64,000 nucleotides of DNA, taken from the IMG/VR virus record IMGVR_UViG_3300028416_000485; one strand, written 5' to 3'. A program made the position numbers and the translations under genes. Position 1 is the stretch's first letter, and each line of letters opens with the position of its first letter. The notes beneath the pieces are model-generated. The model saw only the letters and a list, made by a program, of their open reading frames with translations, was not told the DNA's origin and ran no database searches. Below are positions 1 through 12,800 of the stretch, piece by piece. The stretch comes from a virus.

Positions 1-1248
1 GCTACTGTTTACAACTGTTGACCCTAATGTATCTAAAGACAAAACATTTGTGCTGTTAATAGCATAATAATTTAACTCGTTTTCAATATCGATAATATGA
101 CTACTAGTCCAACTGTTGGTTGAATTTAACCAAGTCCACCGTTTATCGTCGCCTTCAACTCTTATAACAATACCGCCGTCGTCTGCTTCACTATCTGTTG
201 CTAATGTACTATCGTCTTTAATTGCAAGTTCAATCTGATGGTCTTCAACTCTTAATGTAGCAACATCTAAACTTGTAGCGTCACCTTCGATCAATAAATC
301 TCCAGTAACACGTAAATCACCAGTAACATCTAATGTGTATGCAGGATTTTCTTTAAAAACACCAATCTTCTTAGTATCTGCATCAAAATGCATAGCAGTG
401 TATTGTCCAGACACGTCTTTAAGATCTATTTTTAAATCAGCATCTTGAATATTGTTTTGCCATAACGTTGTTTGGCCACTTACTTTTATTGTAAGATCTG
501 TATCAAGTCCAACACTTAATCCGTTGTCATTTGCTATTGCTAGTCGACCTGTTGTAACATCGTCAACTACAGCACTTAAGAAACTATTTTGATCAAAAAC
601 ATTTCCAAGCTCGTCAACAATCTTTCCAGCACTTGATGCTTTTCCAAGCCATTCAAAATCAACAAATGCTGTGTTTATGTTAACACCTTGTTTTAAATCT
701 GTAAATCCTGTGATAGCCGGAAATGGTGTAAATGTTGTAGTCTCTTTTGAAAGTACAGCATATAGACTACCGTTTAAATATTTTTTAATAACTACTCTAT
801 TTTGTCCTGTAGTATCTTTGATAGTTTCTATTTCATCGCCTGACCTAAGCTGATTTTTAGTATATGATGGTCCTACTAATACTGCTTCAACTCCGTTCCA
901 AAACAACAACTGATCTTTAGATCCGTCTATCCATATATCTCCTGGTATTAGTTCTGACGGTTGAGAACTAGCATATATTGTACTATCTGTACTTCTAAAT
1001 GTTATACCATCGTATATTTTTAATCTACCTGTAGAAGTATCATACCAAAGTTGGCCTTTGAGCGGTTTAACTGGTGCTGTACTATTACTAAAGTTTTCCA
1101 ACATTTTAATAAAGTTTTCATTTATACTTTCACCAAACCCTTGATAGTTTTTTCCTATTAGTGCAATATCAGCACTGGATATATCTAACCTACCATCAAC
1201 TAGTTCTACTAGTAGCGATCCGTCTGTTTTGTTTAGTTTATAGGCCAT
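1..1248 (-). CDS. Baseplate/short-fibre-associated virion protein, truncated at the window edge (absent from the ORF track)
   Basis: ATG at 1248 abuts the stop of the upstream gene. Translation MAYKLNKTDGSLLVELVDG...GESINENFIKMLENFSNSTAPVKPLKGQLWYDT is paralogous to the N-terminus of 1249..3234. The frame appears open to position 1. Confidence 0.85.
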   Translation of the reverse strand, partial: MAYKLNKTDGSLLVELVDGRLDISSADIALIGKNYQGFGESINENFIKMLENFSNSTAPVKPLKGQLWYDTSTGRLKIYDGITFRSTDSTIYASSQPSELIPGDIWIDGSKDQLLFWNGVEAVLVGPSYTKNQLRSGDEIETIKDTTGQNRVVIKKYLNGSLYAVLSKETTTFTPFPAITGFTDLKQGVNINTAFVDFEWLGKASSAGKIVDELGNVFDQNSFLSAVVDDVTTGRLAIANDNGLSVGLDTDLTIKVSGQTTLWQNNIQDADLKIDLKDVSGQYTAMHFDADTKKIGVFKENPAYTLDVTGDLRVTGDLLIEGDATSLDVATLRVEDHQIELAIKDDSTLATDSEADDGGIVIRVEGDDKRWTWLNSTNSWTSSHIIDIENELNYYAINSTNVLSLDTLGSTVVNSS

Positions 1249-3234
1249 TTATGATACTCCGTGATAGATAATAAAGTTAAGTGCAACATACGGATTTGTT
1301 ATATCTACTGCATCGTTTGCTATATCTACTACACCTCCTGATGTTTGTAGACGAGATCCAGTTCCAGACGAATCACCGTCATTGGGTACAACTTCAGATG
1401 CGGTTGCTGTAGCTGTTGTAGTAGCATAAAACTGCTCTCCTGTACTGCTTCGTAAATCGTGTTCGTGTTCCGGCAAGTTGGCTGCTGCTAAGGTAACATC
1501 CTCGCTACCTCCTATGCCGCCCATAACACCTACTGTTCCGTCTGTAATTCTATTATTAGATGCTAATACTCTACCAAGTCCTGCAGGCGATCTTCCTCGC
1601 ATATCCGGAATCTTAAATAATGTATTTGGATCGCTTGGAGTTCCGTGATACCATGTTGTTGGATCTGCTGCAAGATATCCTAATACTGTTGCTAAGTTAC
1701 CATATGTTGTTAATGATTTTTCAGCGCCATCTAAAATAAACCACCCATCGGGTGCAACTAGGCCTCCAAACATTATCACTGTGCCTACTGGCATAGTATC
1801 AATAGATCCAATCAGTTGATCAGGTGTTGCTTTAACTAATGTTCCGCCTTGATTCAACAACACTTCGTCGGTTGTTCTGTTTACACTAGATGCTGCTGCC
1901 CTGTCAGAAATAGCAGTTGATTGTATAGTTGATGTAAACGTTTTTGAAGAGCCGCCTGTTTGTCCGTCAAATGTAAAACTTGTTGCACTAACATCGCCTG
2001 CTAATGAAAATGTAGTTACACTATTAAGTTTGGCTGTACTACCTGCTGTTCCACTAACATTACCTGTTACGTTACCTGTTAGACTGCCTGTTATACGATT
2101 AGCATGAAGTGTATCATATGGCAGTACTGACGATCCAATAGAATAAACATTTGCTGTGTCAGGCATTATACTTGTTGTAGTTAAACTGCCGTCAACATCA
2201 AAGTTTCCTGTTACGGTTAAATTTCCAGTTACACTAGTATTGCCTGTCAGTCCTGTTGTTCCGGTTACAGTTAAGTTACCAGCAAGTTTTTGATTTCCAA
2301 CTACATCTAAACTTTCAGTTGGAGATAAGTTGTTAATACCTACATTAGTGTTTCCTTTAACTCTAATCGGTATTGAAAATATTCCGTTGTTGTTGACTCT
2401 TAAATCTATTGGTGCGCCTGGTACAGCATTTTCAATAATGCTATTGTTGCCTTCAACTAATACACTTAGTGTTTTCGAAACGCCAACTTCTAATCCGTCA
2501 TTTGTTTTGATTTGTAGTTTTTCAGCTAACTGATTAACAATATTATTACGCATAAATGCAGAACTTGGAATAACTCCGCCACTTACTAACAAGTTTTCTG
2601 CTGTTGTTGCAGTACCATTAAATTTTGCTGTAGTCAATGCTTGACTAAAGTTTGTTCCAACTTTTATTGGTGTTGTGCTATTAAATCCAGCAAATGCTGT
2701 TTTAGGTGAAAACTCAACTCTACTTGTAATAGTAACTGGTATATTTTCAATGTATACTACAACTACCGTTCGGGTAACATCACCGGTATCTATTAACTCA
2801 ACTGATTTTGCTCCAGTAGTATTTCCGTTACTAAAATCTGGTCCTATTAATAACCAGCCGCTGCCTGTATACAAATATAACTGACTAGTTGATGTATTAA
2901 CCCAAAGATCTCCTTTAACACTGTTTGTGCTATCAGGTTCTGATGCGTTCTTTTTTAGGCCGCCGGCTGCAACCCAGTTTGTACCATCATATATTTTTAA
3001 CTGATCTATGCTGTCTGTAGTATCATACCAAAGTTGTCCTTCAACAGGATTTAATGGCGGGTTAGCGTTTGAAAAGTTTTCTAATAGTTTTAAAAAGTTT
3101 TCATTAACAGCAACTCCGTAATCTGATAATAATCTGCCTGGAAGTTTTAAACTAGTTTCGGTATTGATTGCATTATCTTCAACAGTTATAATACCCTTAT
3201 TGGATTGATCAGTGAATGGAATCTCATATGCCAT
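1249..3234 (-). CDS. Short tail fibre/baseplate protein with C-terminal phage tail collar domain
   Basis: C-terminal MPVGTVIMFGG..APDGWFILDG...FKIPDMRGR and LPEHEH are tail-collar/gp12-like motifs. GNLTVTG repeats lie in the middle. N-terminal NENFLKLLENF..P..P.EGQLWYD motif. Confidence 0.75.
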   Translation of the reverse strand: MAYEIPFTDQSNKGIITVEDNAINTETSLKLPGRLLSDYGVAVNENFLKLLENFSNANPPLNPVEGQLWYDTTDSIDQLKIYDGTNWVAAGGLKKNASEPDSTNSVKGDLWVNTSTSQLYLYTGSGWLLIGPDFSNGNTTGAKSVELIDTGDVTRTVVVVYIENIPVTITSRVEFSPKTAFAGFNSTTPIKVGTNFSQALTTAKFNGTATTAENLLVSGGVIPSSAFMRNNIVNQLAEKLQIKTNDGLEVGVSKTLSVLVEGNNSIIENAVPGAPIDLRVNNNGIFSIPIRVKGNTNVGINNLSPTESLDVVGNQKLAGNLTVTGTTGLTGNTSVTGNLTVTGNFDVDGSLTTTSIMPDTANVYSIGSSVLPYDTLHANRITGSLTGNVTGNVSGTAGSTAKLNSVTTFSLAGDVSATSFTFDGQTGGSSKTFTSTIQSTAISDRAAASSVNRTTDEVLLNQGGTLVKATPDQLIGSIDTMPVGTVIMFGGLVAPDGWFILDGAEKSLTTYGNLATVLGYLAADPTTWYHGTPSDPNTLFKIPDMRGRSPAGLGRVLASNNRITDGTVGVMGGIGGSEDVTLAAANLPEHEHDLRSSTGEQFYATTTATATASEVVPNDGDSSGTGSRLQTSGGVVDIANDAVDITNPYVALNFIIYHGVS

Positions 3235-3836
3235 TAAGTATTACCTCCCGAAAGACTTTGTACTCTTACAGTATAATCAATTTGTATTAACCTATTGAGT
3301 GATTTTTGTACTGGATGGAAAATAACATGTGTAAGAAGTCTTCCTGTTCCGCTAGATGAATATCCGACTAGCCCTAGCTCGTCAAATACAAACTGTTGTT
3401 CTGTATTAGCAGCAGTATCAAATGCATCTTGTCCTTCTGGTTCTCCATAATCTAACAAACAACTTACAACAATATCTGTATAGTTTGTACCAGTAACGTG
3501 ACGTGTTTCAATCTTATTTCTTTGAGGGTCAACATTGTTTACACTGCGATCGTCTACCACTTTTGCATATGTTTGATTGTACAAACTTGCATTTGTACCT
3601 GTGCTGTTTGGTGTTAAGTATGTAATAATACCAGTTGGATCAACAGTTGTTCCGCCGTTGCCAAACCCCATTTGATATATGTAGCCTGATCCAGCATTGC
3701 CAAGACTTTCAGCAAGACTAATACTCATATTTTCATAATGAATAGCATTGCGCTTGTTAACAAATACATGCCCACTTTCTGGATTGTGTATTTTTATGTG
3801 TCCTTCGAGGTGTACACCGCTTTGTTCGTTAATCAT
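3234..3836 (-). CDS. Conserved-type virion structural protein (baseplate module), function unknown
   Basis: 200-aa ORF translationally coupled to the next gene, downstream of a late-promoter motif, within the baseplate operon. Confidence 0.6.
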   Translation of the reverse strand: MINEQSGVHLEGHIKIHNPESGHVFVNKRNAIHYENMSISLAESLGNAGSGYIYQMGFGNGGTTVDPTGIITYLTPNSTGTNASLYNQTYAKVVDDRSVNNVDPQRNKIETRHVTGTNYTDIVVSCLLDYGEPEGQDAFDTAANTEQQFVFDELGLVGYSSSGTGRLLTHVIFHPVQKSLNRLIQIDYTVRVQSLSGGNT

Positions 3837-3859
3837 GTTTCCATTCCGTTTCTATACTG

Positions 3860-3867
3860 TATTTATC
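3860..3867 (-). promoter_or_regulatory. T4-type late promoter (GATAAATA) overlapping the stop codon of the 4540-aa gene
   Basis: Matches the TATAAATA-like gp55 element that recurs upstream of structural genes in this window. Confidence 0.6.
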
Positions 3868-6800
3868 GTGGTAGCGATATTGTTTTGTCTGTTATAAATC
3901 TAGCTATTTGATTTTCACTATCTGCTAGAGTTTTTCCTGTATCATTCCATATTCTTCCTGTTCGACGAACAACTTCAATAAATGTTCCGTCTGCAGGAGG
4001 GTCAATATAATCTGCAAGTGTTAGCACGGTTACTGTGCCGCTTTCTGTTGATATATTTTCAATAGTATATTCAGGATCTATTGTTACATCTGCCTCAGGT
4101 GAATCTTGATCTACTGTTTTGTCAAATGTTATAATGTTATCTTTACGCAATCTAGCTCCAGCTAAAAATACATCAATCTCGTTAATACTAGTTGGAACAA
4201 AATCAAGTATAAACTCCTTGGTACTAGCATCGCCAACAAACATAGTTTTAGATGTTTCGTCTTTGTAAGGAATATTTTCTTCTATACCCTGGCCTTGTAC
4301 TTTTGTTGCTGTTGAATATTGTTCTTTAATGCCTGTGCCTAAAGTACCTCTTCTTATCTGTCTAAGAAGGTTGCCATCAACACTAAAATATTCAATACGC
4401 TCTTTGTCTATCCAAACAACACCCGGTACACCCAATGCCTTGTTAGGTTCTTGAATACCTGTACTGTCAACTAGTTGAATATTAGAATCATAATAGTTTA
4501 ATGGTTGTTGCAACTCGTATTCGTTGTCTTTATTTAAACGCTTGAAGTGGAATCTATTTAACATATCTTTGAAAATACGATATCCAAACTTAGGATTACT
4601 TGTTAATCCTGTAAACTGCAATACTTCAACTTTGTCATTTGATGTAACTTTACTGTAAAGCTGAACGCCTGTTCCACTAGCATCAAGTGAATAATCGTTT
4701 TGTGGCGAAAGCAATATTCCATTTTTAAATACCCAAACAAAGTTTGCACTTAATGCAGGTTTTTCAAGTTTGATAAATCCTCTGCTTAATAAGTTTTTAT
4801 CAATATAAAACTGTGTTCCAGCAGGTGCTTGATTTGTATTCCAAACAATATCATATGTATTTCTTTCAAATCCGTTTATATCGTGATTACTGAATACATA
4901 GATGTCTATAGTTTCCCAATCAGCTGGTGCTTCAGTTAATGATAAAATATCTGTTTCTATAAGAGTAATATCTCCAATAACTGCTTTTGTACTATCATTT
5001 TCCCAACTTGCTACAATCTCCGGTGTGTCGTCAATACTTTTTAGTTGGAATAATTCTCTAATATATCCTTGTAGTTCTATTAATAGTGTTGAACCTGATC
5101 TACTAAACTTTTCAACACAAGCAATAACTGTAGTACTATCATCAGCCAATTCAAAACTTATATCTTGCCCAACTACTGGATCATTAACTGCTGTGCCATT
5201 TTGTATTTCTACTGTTGTGTTTATAAAGTAATATTCTGCATCTCTAATAATAAAGATTTCTAATGTATCTCCAATAAGTCCAACATTGTTGTTAAGAAGT
5301 TCTACTCTACCGTTTGCAGTATCATAATAGTAATCAAGAACATTAACAATAGAACCATTAATATAAAGTATAACATCTGTATTTCTAACGGCTGTTGTAT
5401 CTTCAAACTGCCATCTATCAATATCATATGATCTATTACTATCTATTGTATATTTTTTTCTATAGCCTGCATTTAAGAATCTACCATCTCCACGCTTGAC
5501 TAAAATATTATGTGCAAGAGGCTTATTAATAATAGGCAATGCAACATCATTTGTAAATCTATGAACTTTATTTTGGCCATCTGTTGCAAAGGTATTGTCG
5601 ATTACCATCTGACTGTATTGGTTTACATTACCATCATATATTGTATATCCAATAATTTTGCCGGCAGTTATTTTAATCGGAAACTCCAGCTGTGCTGTAT
5701 TGTTATCTGATTCTGTAAGCCCGTAGTCAGTTGTATCATTTTGTAATACACCATTGATTGTTACAAAAGAACTTAATCCAGTTTTCCATGTGATTGGCAA
5801 ATCGTATATAAAAGTGTCACCAGTAGAAACAATATTATCACTATCAAGTAAATCAACTCCGTTAGTTCCGATTGATAGTATAGAAAGATTTTTTCCTGCA
5901 TCTAGTGCTGTACTATCATTTAAACTTATAACTTTGTTTTCATAATCAACATTTAGATCGTTGTTATCAATAATATCGCTGTCAACTTTTACAATCAGTG
6001 TAGTATTTGATTGTGGAAAACTATCAAACTCCCATTCGATAGTTGTGCCATCTGTGATATAGTTTCTAACACTAATAACACCTTGTCCGTCTGAACTTCT
6101 ATTGTACACTTGAATATCAACTGTATCTAGTACTTGTCCCGGAACTTGTTCTTCTGGTCCTTTACTGTTTGTTTCTGTAACAAATCCGTCGCCATCAACA
6201 ACTATATCTCCAGAATCTATTCCAGTTGCAGTTGTATATTCAAAGTTTCCACCTTGCAAACTTACATCAAATGCTGTTGACTCTGGAGTAAAACTACCAT
6301 CACTAGTAGATTTTCTAATGATCACAATATCGCCGTCTTTGGTTTCTATAACATCACTATCTAAGAATATAGTATTTGTAATATTGTCGCCTTGTGGTGA
6401 TACCATTTTTGCATTTGGATTAGCTGTTACACTAACTCCGTCATATGCAGGATCATCTATTCTTACATTGTTAAGATACACGTTGTATGTTACACCTGAG
6501 TCTAAAACACTACTCAGTGTTATTATTTGAGTACTACCATCTAGTGTAATAATCTCGTCTTCGTAGTTAGTGTCAAATGTATCAAAATCAATACCAAACC
6601 CGTTTGCATCAAATCCGGTATTTTCTCCAAAGCCGATACTATCCATTTGTACGCCGCCGTAATCAACACCGTCCATTAGCTGACTTAGTTCTTTTCCTGG
6701 CATATTTGTAGTAGGCTTATAGAAGAAGTTTATTCTATCTTCGGCTGTTAATAAACTAGATGATTTTTTATAGTTTATAACAATCTGAGCATTATTTGCA

Positions 6801-9800
6801 GGTGCATTTGCAAATGTTATTTTACCACGAAATCTATCAAAGGTTTTGGTTGTATCAATAACATTTGATGATACAAAATCACTAAGTAACTGCGGTTCGC
6901 CAGCTACAGTTATTGATATATCAGCACTGTTTGTACTCAATGGCCATTTTAAACTAAAATCAGTTAAACCACCGTTGCCAACAAAAGTTTCTGTTTCATC
7001 TAATGTAGTAAAGTAATATGCACCAACAACTCTATCAAACTTCATTAACATATGAGTTGATCTGATTACACTGTTTCCTATTTGTGCATAAACAACTGCA
7101 TCAACACCATCCTCTGTTAAACTTCCGTTTATTGTTACAGTTGGTGTTGTAAAGTATTTTGCGCCTGTAGTATTAACTTCTATATATTGTATAGAACCGC
7201 CGCCGATATAAGCAAGCCCTTCTAGTGTTGGGCCGCCGCCTCCGCTTACTGTTACATTTGCAGTGTCAGTATATCCGCTGCCGCCGGTGTAAACCACAAA
7301 CTCTGTTATTTCAAATCCAACATTATCTAACCAATGCTTTTGTGGATATGTAGTTGTAGTATCATTTATACCAGTAATGCCATTGTTGAAAAACTTAATA
7401 GTTTCGCTAATAATCTGTCCACGCTCTGCATCATAACGAGGTGGTAAATCAAAATCAGTAACACTAGTTTGTGTTGGTTCTGTTCTACCATAAGAACTAA
7501 TATATTCTCTAATCTTAGTACTATACGGTTTTACTTCTTCTATGTAATCTTGATAGTTTGGAAGATTGTCGTTTTGATATGTTACTTTTTGTGTAAGCTC
7601 TCCGACATTGTGTTTTGCAACTACAAAACTTGATTTAAATATCCAATCTAAATCAACTTGTTCGCTCATTGCATATCTAATGCTACTAAAGAATAGTTTG
7701 TTCCATTCTACTTCTAGCTGATCAACAAATAAGTTATCTCTTAGTGCATATAGTATTATTTTTATTTCGTCTGTTGGTTCGCTATCATATAACGATATAT
7801 CATAGATTATATTATCAAATCCAACTGCATCGTTTTGATATAGTGTATTGCTAAACTCTATTGTACCATTTTGTCTACCTACTACTTTATAGTTAATAGT
7901 ATAGTCTACTTCAACTTGATTGTCAATCTTTTCTAATAATATCCAGCCGCCGCTGCCAATATTTTCAATCTTAACAGTATTTCCTAGTTTATCGTCTAAT
8001 GCTTCAAGTGCATAACTTCCGTCAATCACAAAATCAATAGATGTAACTTCGTTATATCCAGTTGAATACCAATCAACATATCTCCAATACTTGTTAACAT
8101 CATAGCTTTGAATATAGTTTCTAAACCATTCCTGTGTAGAAGACATCCAGTTGTACACTGCCCATAGGCCGCCTACTTCGGAGTCAGTTGTTACAAGGAC
8201 ACTAAATGGACGCACAATAAGCGTAGTATCATTTAAATAGTTTTTGCCACCATCAACTACTTCAACTTCAATAACTTGACCAAGATTGTTGATGTAAGTT
8301 TTTAACTCTGCGCCGGAACCTTGTCCTTCTACAGTTACAGTAGGACCATGACGTTTGCCTGTTGTATAGTTACTATCAACATATCCTCTACCAGATTGCG
8401 TAATAGTTGCACCTGTAATAGTTCCATCAACAATAATAGGCGTAAGAGTTGCTTGTTTGATTTTTGCAGTACCTACAAATCTCAACAAACTTTCACTGTC
8501 AATTTGAGTATCCCACTCATTGCTAAACTTACTTGGAGGAGTTTCTGTTTGGAATAATGGAGAAATATCAAAATCATCAACTATTGTATATTGAGACAAT
8601 ACTCCGTTTACTCTTTCAACAACTTGTTTTAATGCTTCTTGTCTATTAACAAAAATAGTTTGATTTGGATTATTTAAAATACCGTATCTTTGAGCAACAC
8701 TAATATTTAAATCAGGCAGAACTCTTCCGTTTCTGTCGTAGCCTGCTAAACTATCAACCCACTTGTCGACAATGTCATTGTTTGGCTTGCTAGATGCTAA
8801 TCCTTCAACAACTAATGCATACTCGCTGTGAATATTTCTATTTTCTGCATTGTCTTGAACATAGTAATCAACATGCAAAATAGTATCTTTGTCTTTTACT
8901 AGATTTTTTATATTATGTAATGCAAACTTTTTGCCATCGAGTAATGTAACATGTCTATAACCTTGTCCTGCTGGATCTGCTATTAAGTTTGCAACATCAA
9001 ACGAACTAATCTTCCTGCCATATGTAGTAGGCAGTGTATTTTTATTCTTAACCCAGAAATAATATTTTGGTGCAAATACATTTGCTACACTATCATATAC
9101 TCTTGCTCTTACATAAGAATCATCACTGTATAATGATGTTCCACTTATGCTGCTGGCTAAGCCTTCGGTAGTATCAGCTATTTGATCCCATTCGCTTGGT
9201 AACAAGTCACTCTCAACCCATTCGTATACATCTACACTAAATCCAGGAATAATCTGATTCCATGTATTTGATTTATATTGTATACTTCCTTGATATGGAT
9301 TATACCACTTTATAGCATCGAGATTCCACCATAGTTTTCCAACCTGTTGTTTCCCCCAAAGATCTGATACACCGGTATCTCTAGTACCAACATTGTAAAC
9401 TGCTGGATCATAATAAGTTTTATAACTAAGTTCTTGTTCTGCCGGTCCGGCAATACGGCCTGCTATTGGATCTATGTAATCAAGATATGTGATTAAATCA
9501 TTTGTGTTTGTATCATATAGCCACACACCTTTGATTTTATCAATATCAACATAACTATCGCCTTGACTATTAATATTCCAAGCAGTAGCATTTAAATCAG
9601 TTCTATGATCTTGAATCAGTCCTGTTTTATCATCAACAGTAGTTCCAATCGAAATAACATACAAATGATTTCTATTTAATACACTTAATATATTAGAAGA
9701 ATCAGATATGTCTACTTGTGAATAAAGTTTTTCAGCATATACTAACTTGTTGTTTAATGTTTCGTATACATAAACTTGTCCATTATCTTTGATTTTATCA

Positions 9801-12800
9801 AATATATTTGTTGCTTTATTATCAAACTCTGTAAGTTCTTGATCAAATGTTACATATGCTGCGGTATCGCCGTTGCGACTTGTTACAGCAAGTTTATTAG
9901 AGTTAAAACTTACATTTGTGCCAAATCTTTCAGTCTTTTCTCCGTTGGGTGCAAGCAATATTTGATCTTGAACATATGCTTCGTTTGTAAGTTTGTATAC
10001 ATATACTGCACCATTGTAAATACCATTGATATTTGATAGCTGTGCGCCTATTGCTATTTTAGAACCATCGTCATTTAAACTTAATGTAGTTCCAAACGCT
10101 TCGTTTTCGGTTGCAGGGTTGATGTTTTCGTCAAACACAAATCTGCCGTTTGTTTTTCTATAGATTGCAATACGATATTCGCCGCCGTTTTGTATACCAC
10201 CAAGTGCCAATACTTCGCCATTTTTACTAATATCATAAGTTGTGCCGATGCCCAATGCATTTAAAAAATCACTACTATCGTTAAGAGCTGGCGCTGTTTC
10301 TTCTGAAGAATCAGGAACATAACCTAAATAATCAACATATGTATCAAGTACGTCCCATTGACTGTTATCAAAAGGATTACCTGCAAGTACTGTTGTATTA
10401 GCTTGACGAAGTTCGCCTTCATAGTAGACAATATTATTAGGAATATATTTTGCAATACTTTCCCATTCACCTTTGTAGTTTGTGTCTCTTGAATATGCAT
10501 AAGATGTTACAGCATCTTGCCCTTTGTTGTTAACAAAGTAAACACGGCCGTTGTCTCTAAGACTTCTAATAACAGTATTATGTTGGAAATCACTTGGAGA
10601 AGCTGATTTAATTGCAATACCAAACTGTTCGTTTTCTGTTGGATCTGGACTTAGAATAATGTCTACTAAATCAAAAGACTGATCTATTAGTCTTTTATAA
10701 ATGTAAACCACGCCTTGGTTTGCATATCCAAGACTTGTTCCAGATGTGTCTGTAACTATTAGTTCTGATATTTCCCAATCTTGACTTAGTAGATTAATAG
10801 TAGAACTTTCTGCTGTAACATTAACTAGTGCTCTCCATATTGCTCCACGTTGACTTACATAATCGCCTGCTAGATAACTTTCTCCTTCAGTAAATATACC
10901 TCTATAACGTGTTTTAACATTAGCAGCAGTTGGTGCGCCAACATACAAATACTGACCATTGTCTGTTATTTCAACACTTGTACCAAACGCACCACCATCA
11001 TGATGATTAGACAATGGTTCTAATGTCTGTTTTAATTTAAATTCACTGGCTTCGCTGCCACGAGTATATACATAAACTTTGCCATCATCTTTATCAGGTG
11101 TTCCAACTGCCAATGTAGTATTATTGTTGCTAACAGATACAGCTGATCCAAACTCCCTATTGTCTATTTCAGGTGCTGTAATACTTTGTTTAAAACTACG
11201 TATAATACTGCTGTCGTATACTCCAAATGTTCCGTTTCCAGTATTGTCAACCCACACTCTATCATCATCGTCTAAATCATAAAGTTTAGTAATATTGTTT
11301 ATATCTGCAGGAGTTGATACTCTACGTGATGATAGTTCTGATACTATTCCAAGAGTGCTATCTGCTAGGTCAATAAAATCTTCAGTTATTGGATTATCTA
11401 GTTGTATCTCAATATCTGTATATCCAATATTTTGTACAATCCAAAAGCCATTAACTTCATTATTAATATTATTGAATCCAACAATATCGCCTTCTACAAA
11501 CGTAATAGGCTTACTAAAGTTTGCTTTAAATCCTAATGTTGTCTTTTCAATAGATTCAATAGATATAGGCGATACAATATGCTTGTAAACATTCCACGAT
11601 TGTGCATCTTTTGGTACCCATATATAACTACCAATATCAACACTATCAATATCTAAAACCAACATATCGTTTTTTGTAGTTGTTAAAAAGTTCACTTGAT
11701 CTAGTTTAACATAACCAGCAGTTTTAGTATATTCTGTACTATTTGTTGTTAACGGCAACGATGTATGTGCATAATCATCTGGTGAAAGATAAACGTCTTT
11801 TCTTGGATATTGATAAACCAAGTCTGTACGTATTGAATCTACAGTTTCAACAAACTCTATAAGTTGTGGTTCAATTCTAAACTGGCTTTCGTCTAGTTTA
11901 AATTCAACTTCGTCATAACTTGTAGTTGCGCCGTATCTACCAACACGTATTGCCCATTCTTCGTATAGCTCTACACTATCAGTGTTTGCTGATCCAAGTT
12001 TATCAAACAGTTTTGTAATAGCGTTTGATGTACCTTTGTCTTGTATAAATCCTTGATAAAACTTATACTGACTAACATCGTCTTGAATAATGTTAGCAAG
12101 GTATTCACGCTTTTGATACCCAATAAGATGCTGTGCTAATCTTTGTTGTTCGCTATCAAAGTTGTCAGTATCTAAGTCGTAAAAATCTGCAAACTGATTT
12201 GCCCTGTAATCCCAGTTTGGTTTTAGTTCACTTGTAGGTTTACTATCTAGTCTACTCCAGTTTCCGTTGACAAACTCCTGTGTGCCGCTGTGTGTAAACC
12301 TAGCTGCATAGTAAAATTCTTTGTATTTTACTAGTTCGGCAGTTTTATAATCTTTGTAACTAGTCCATTCAGTAACCTTAGCATCATCGTATATAAATCC
12401 AGGAATATTTAAACTACCATTCCATTCATCAGTTCTATAACCTACAACTTTTAAACGCTCTTGTCTATATCCAGTTTCAGGAACATATATTGTATCATTA
12501 AATACTGTTGTATTATCGATCAATACAAGATGTTCTTTTTGTATCAGCGGTAGTTTAATAAGATAGATGCCTTCTTCATTTGATGTTAAACTAAATTTGT
12601 TGCTATTATCTCTATATATACTAGAACGATTTTTACTAACTACATTTCCATTTTCATTTAACACTGCAAATCCATAAAGATTATTATGTACATTGTCAAC
12701 TACATAAAACTCTTTTTCAAATTCAATCTGATTAGCTAAAGGTGATAAAGTTATCGTACTAGTATTTGCCCAGTTTTGTGTTATCCAAAATAGAAACTCT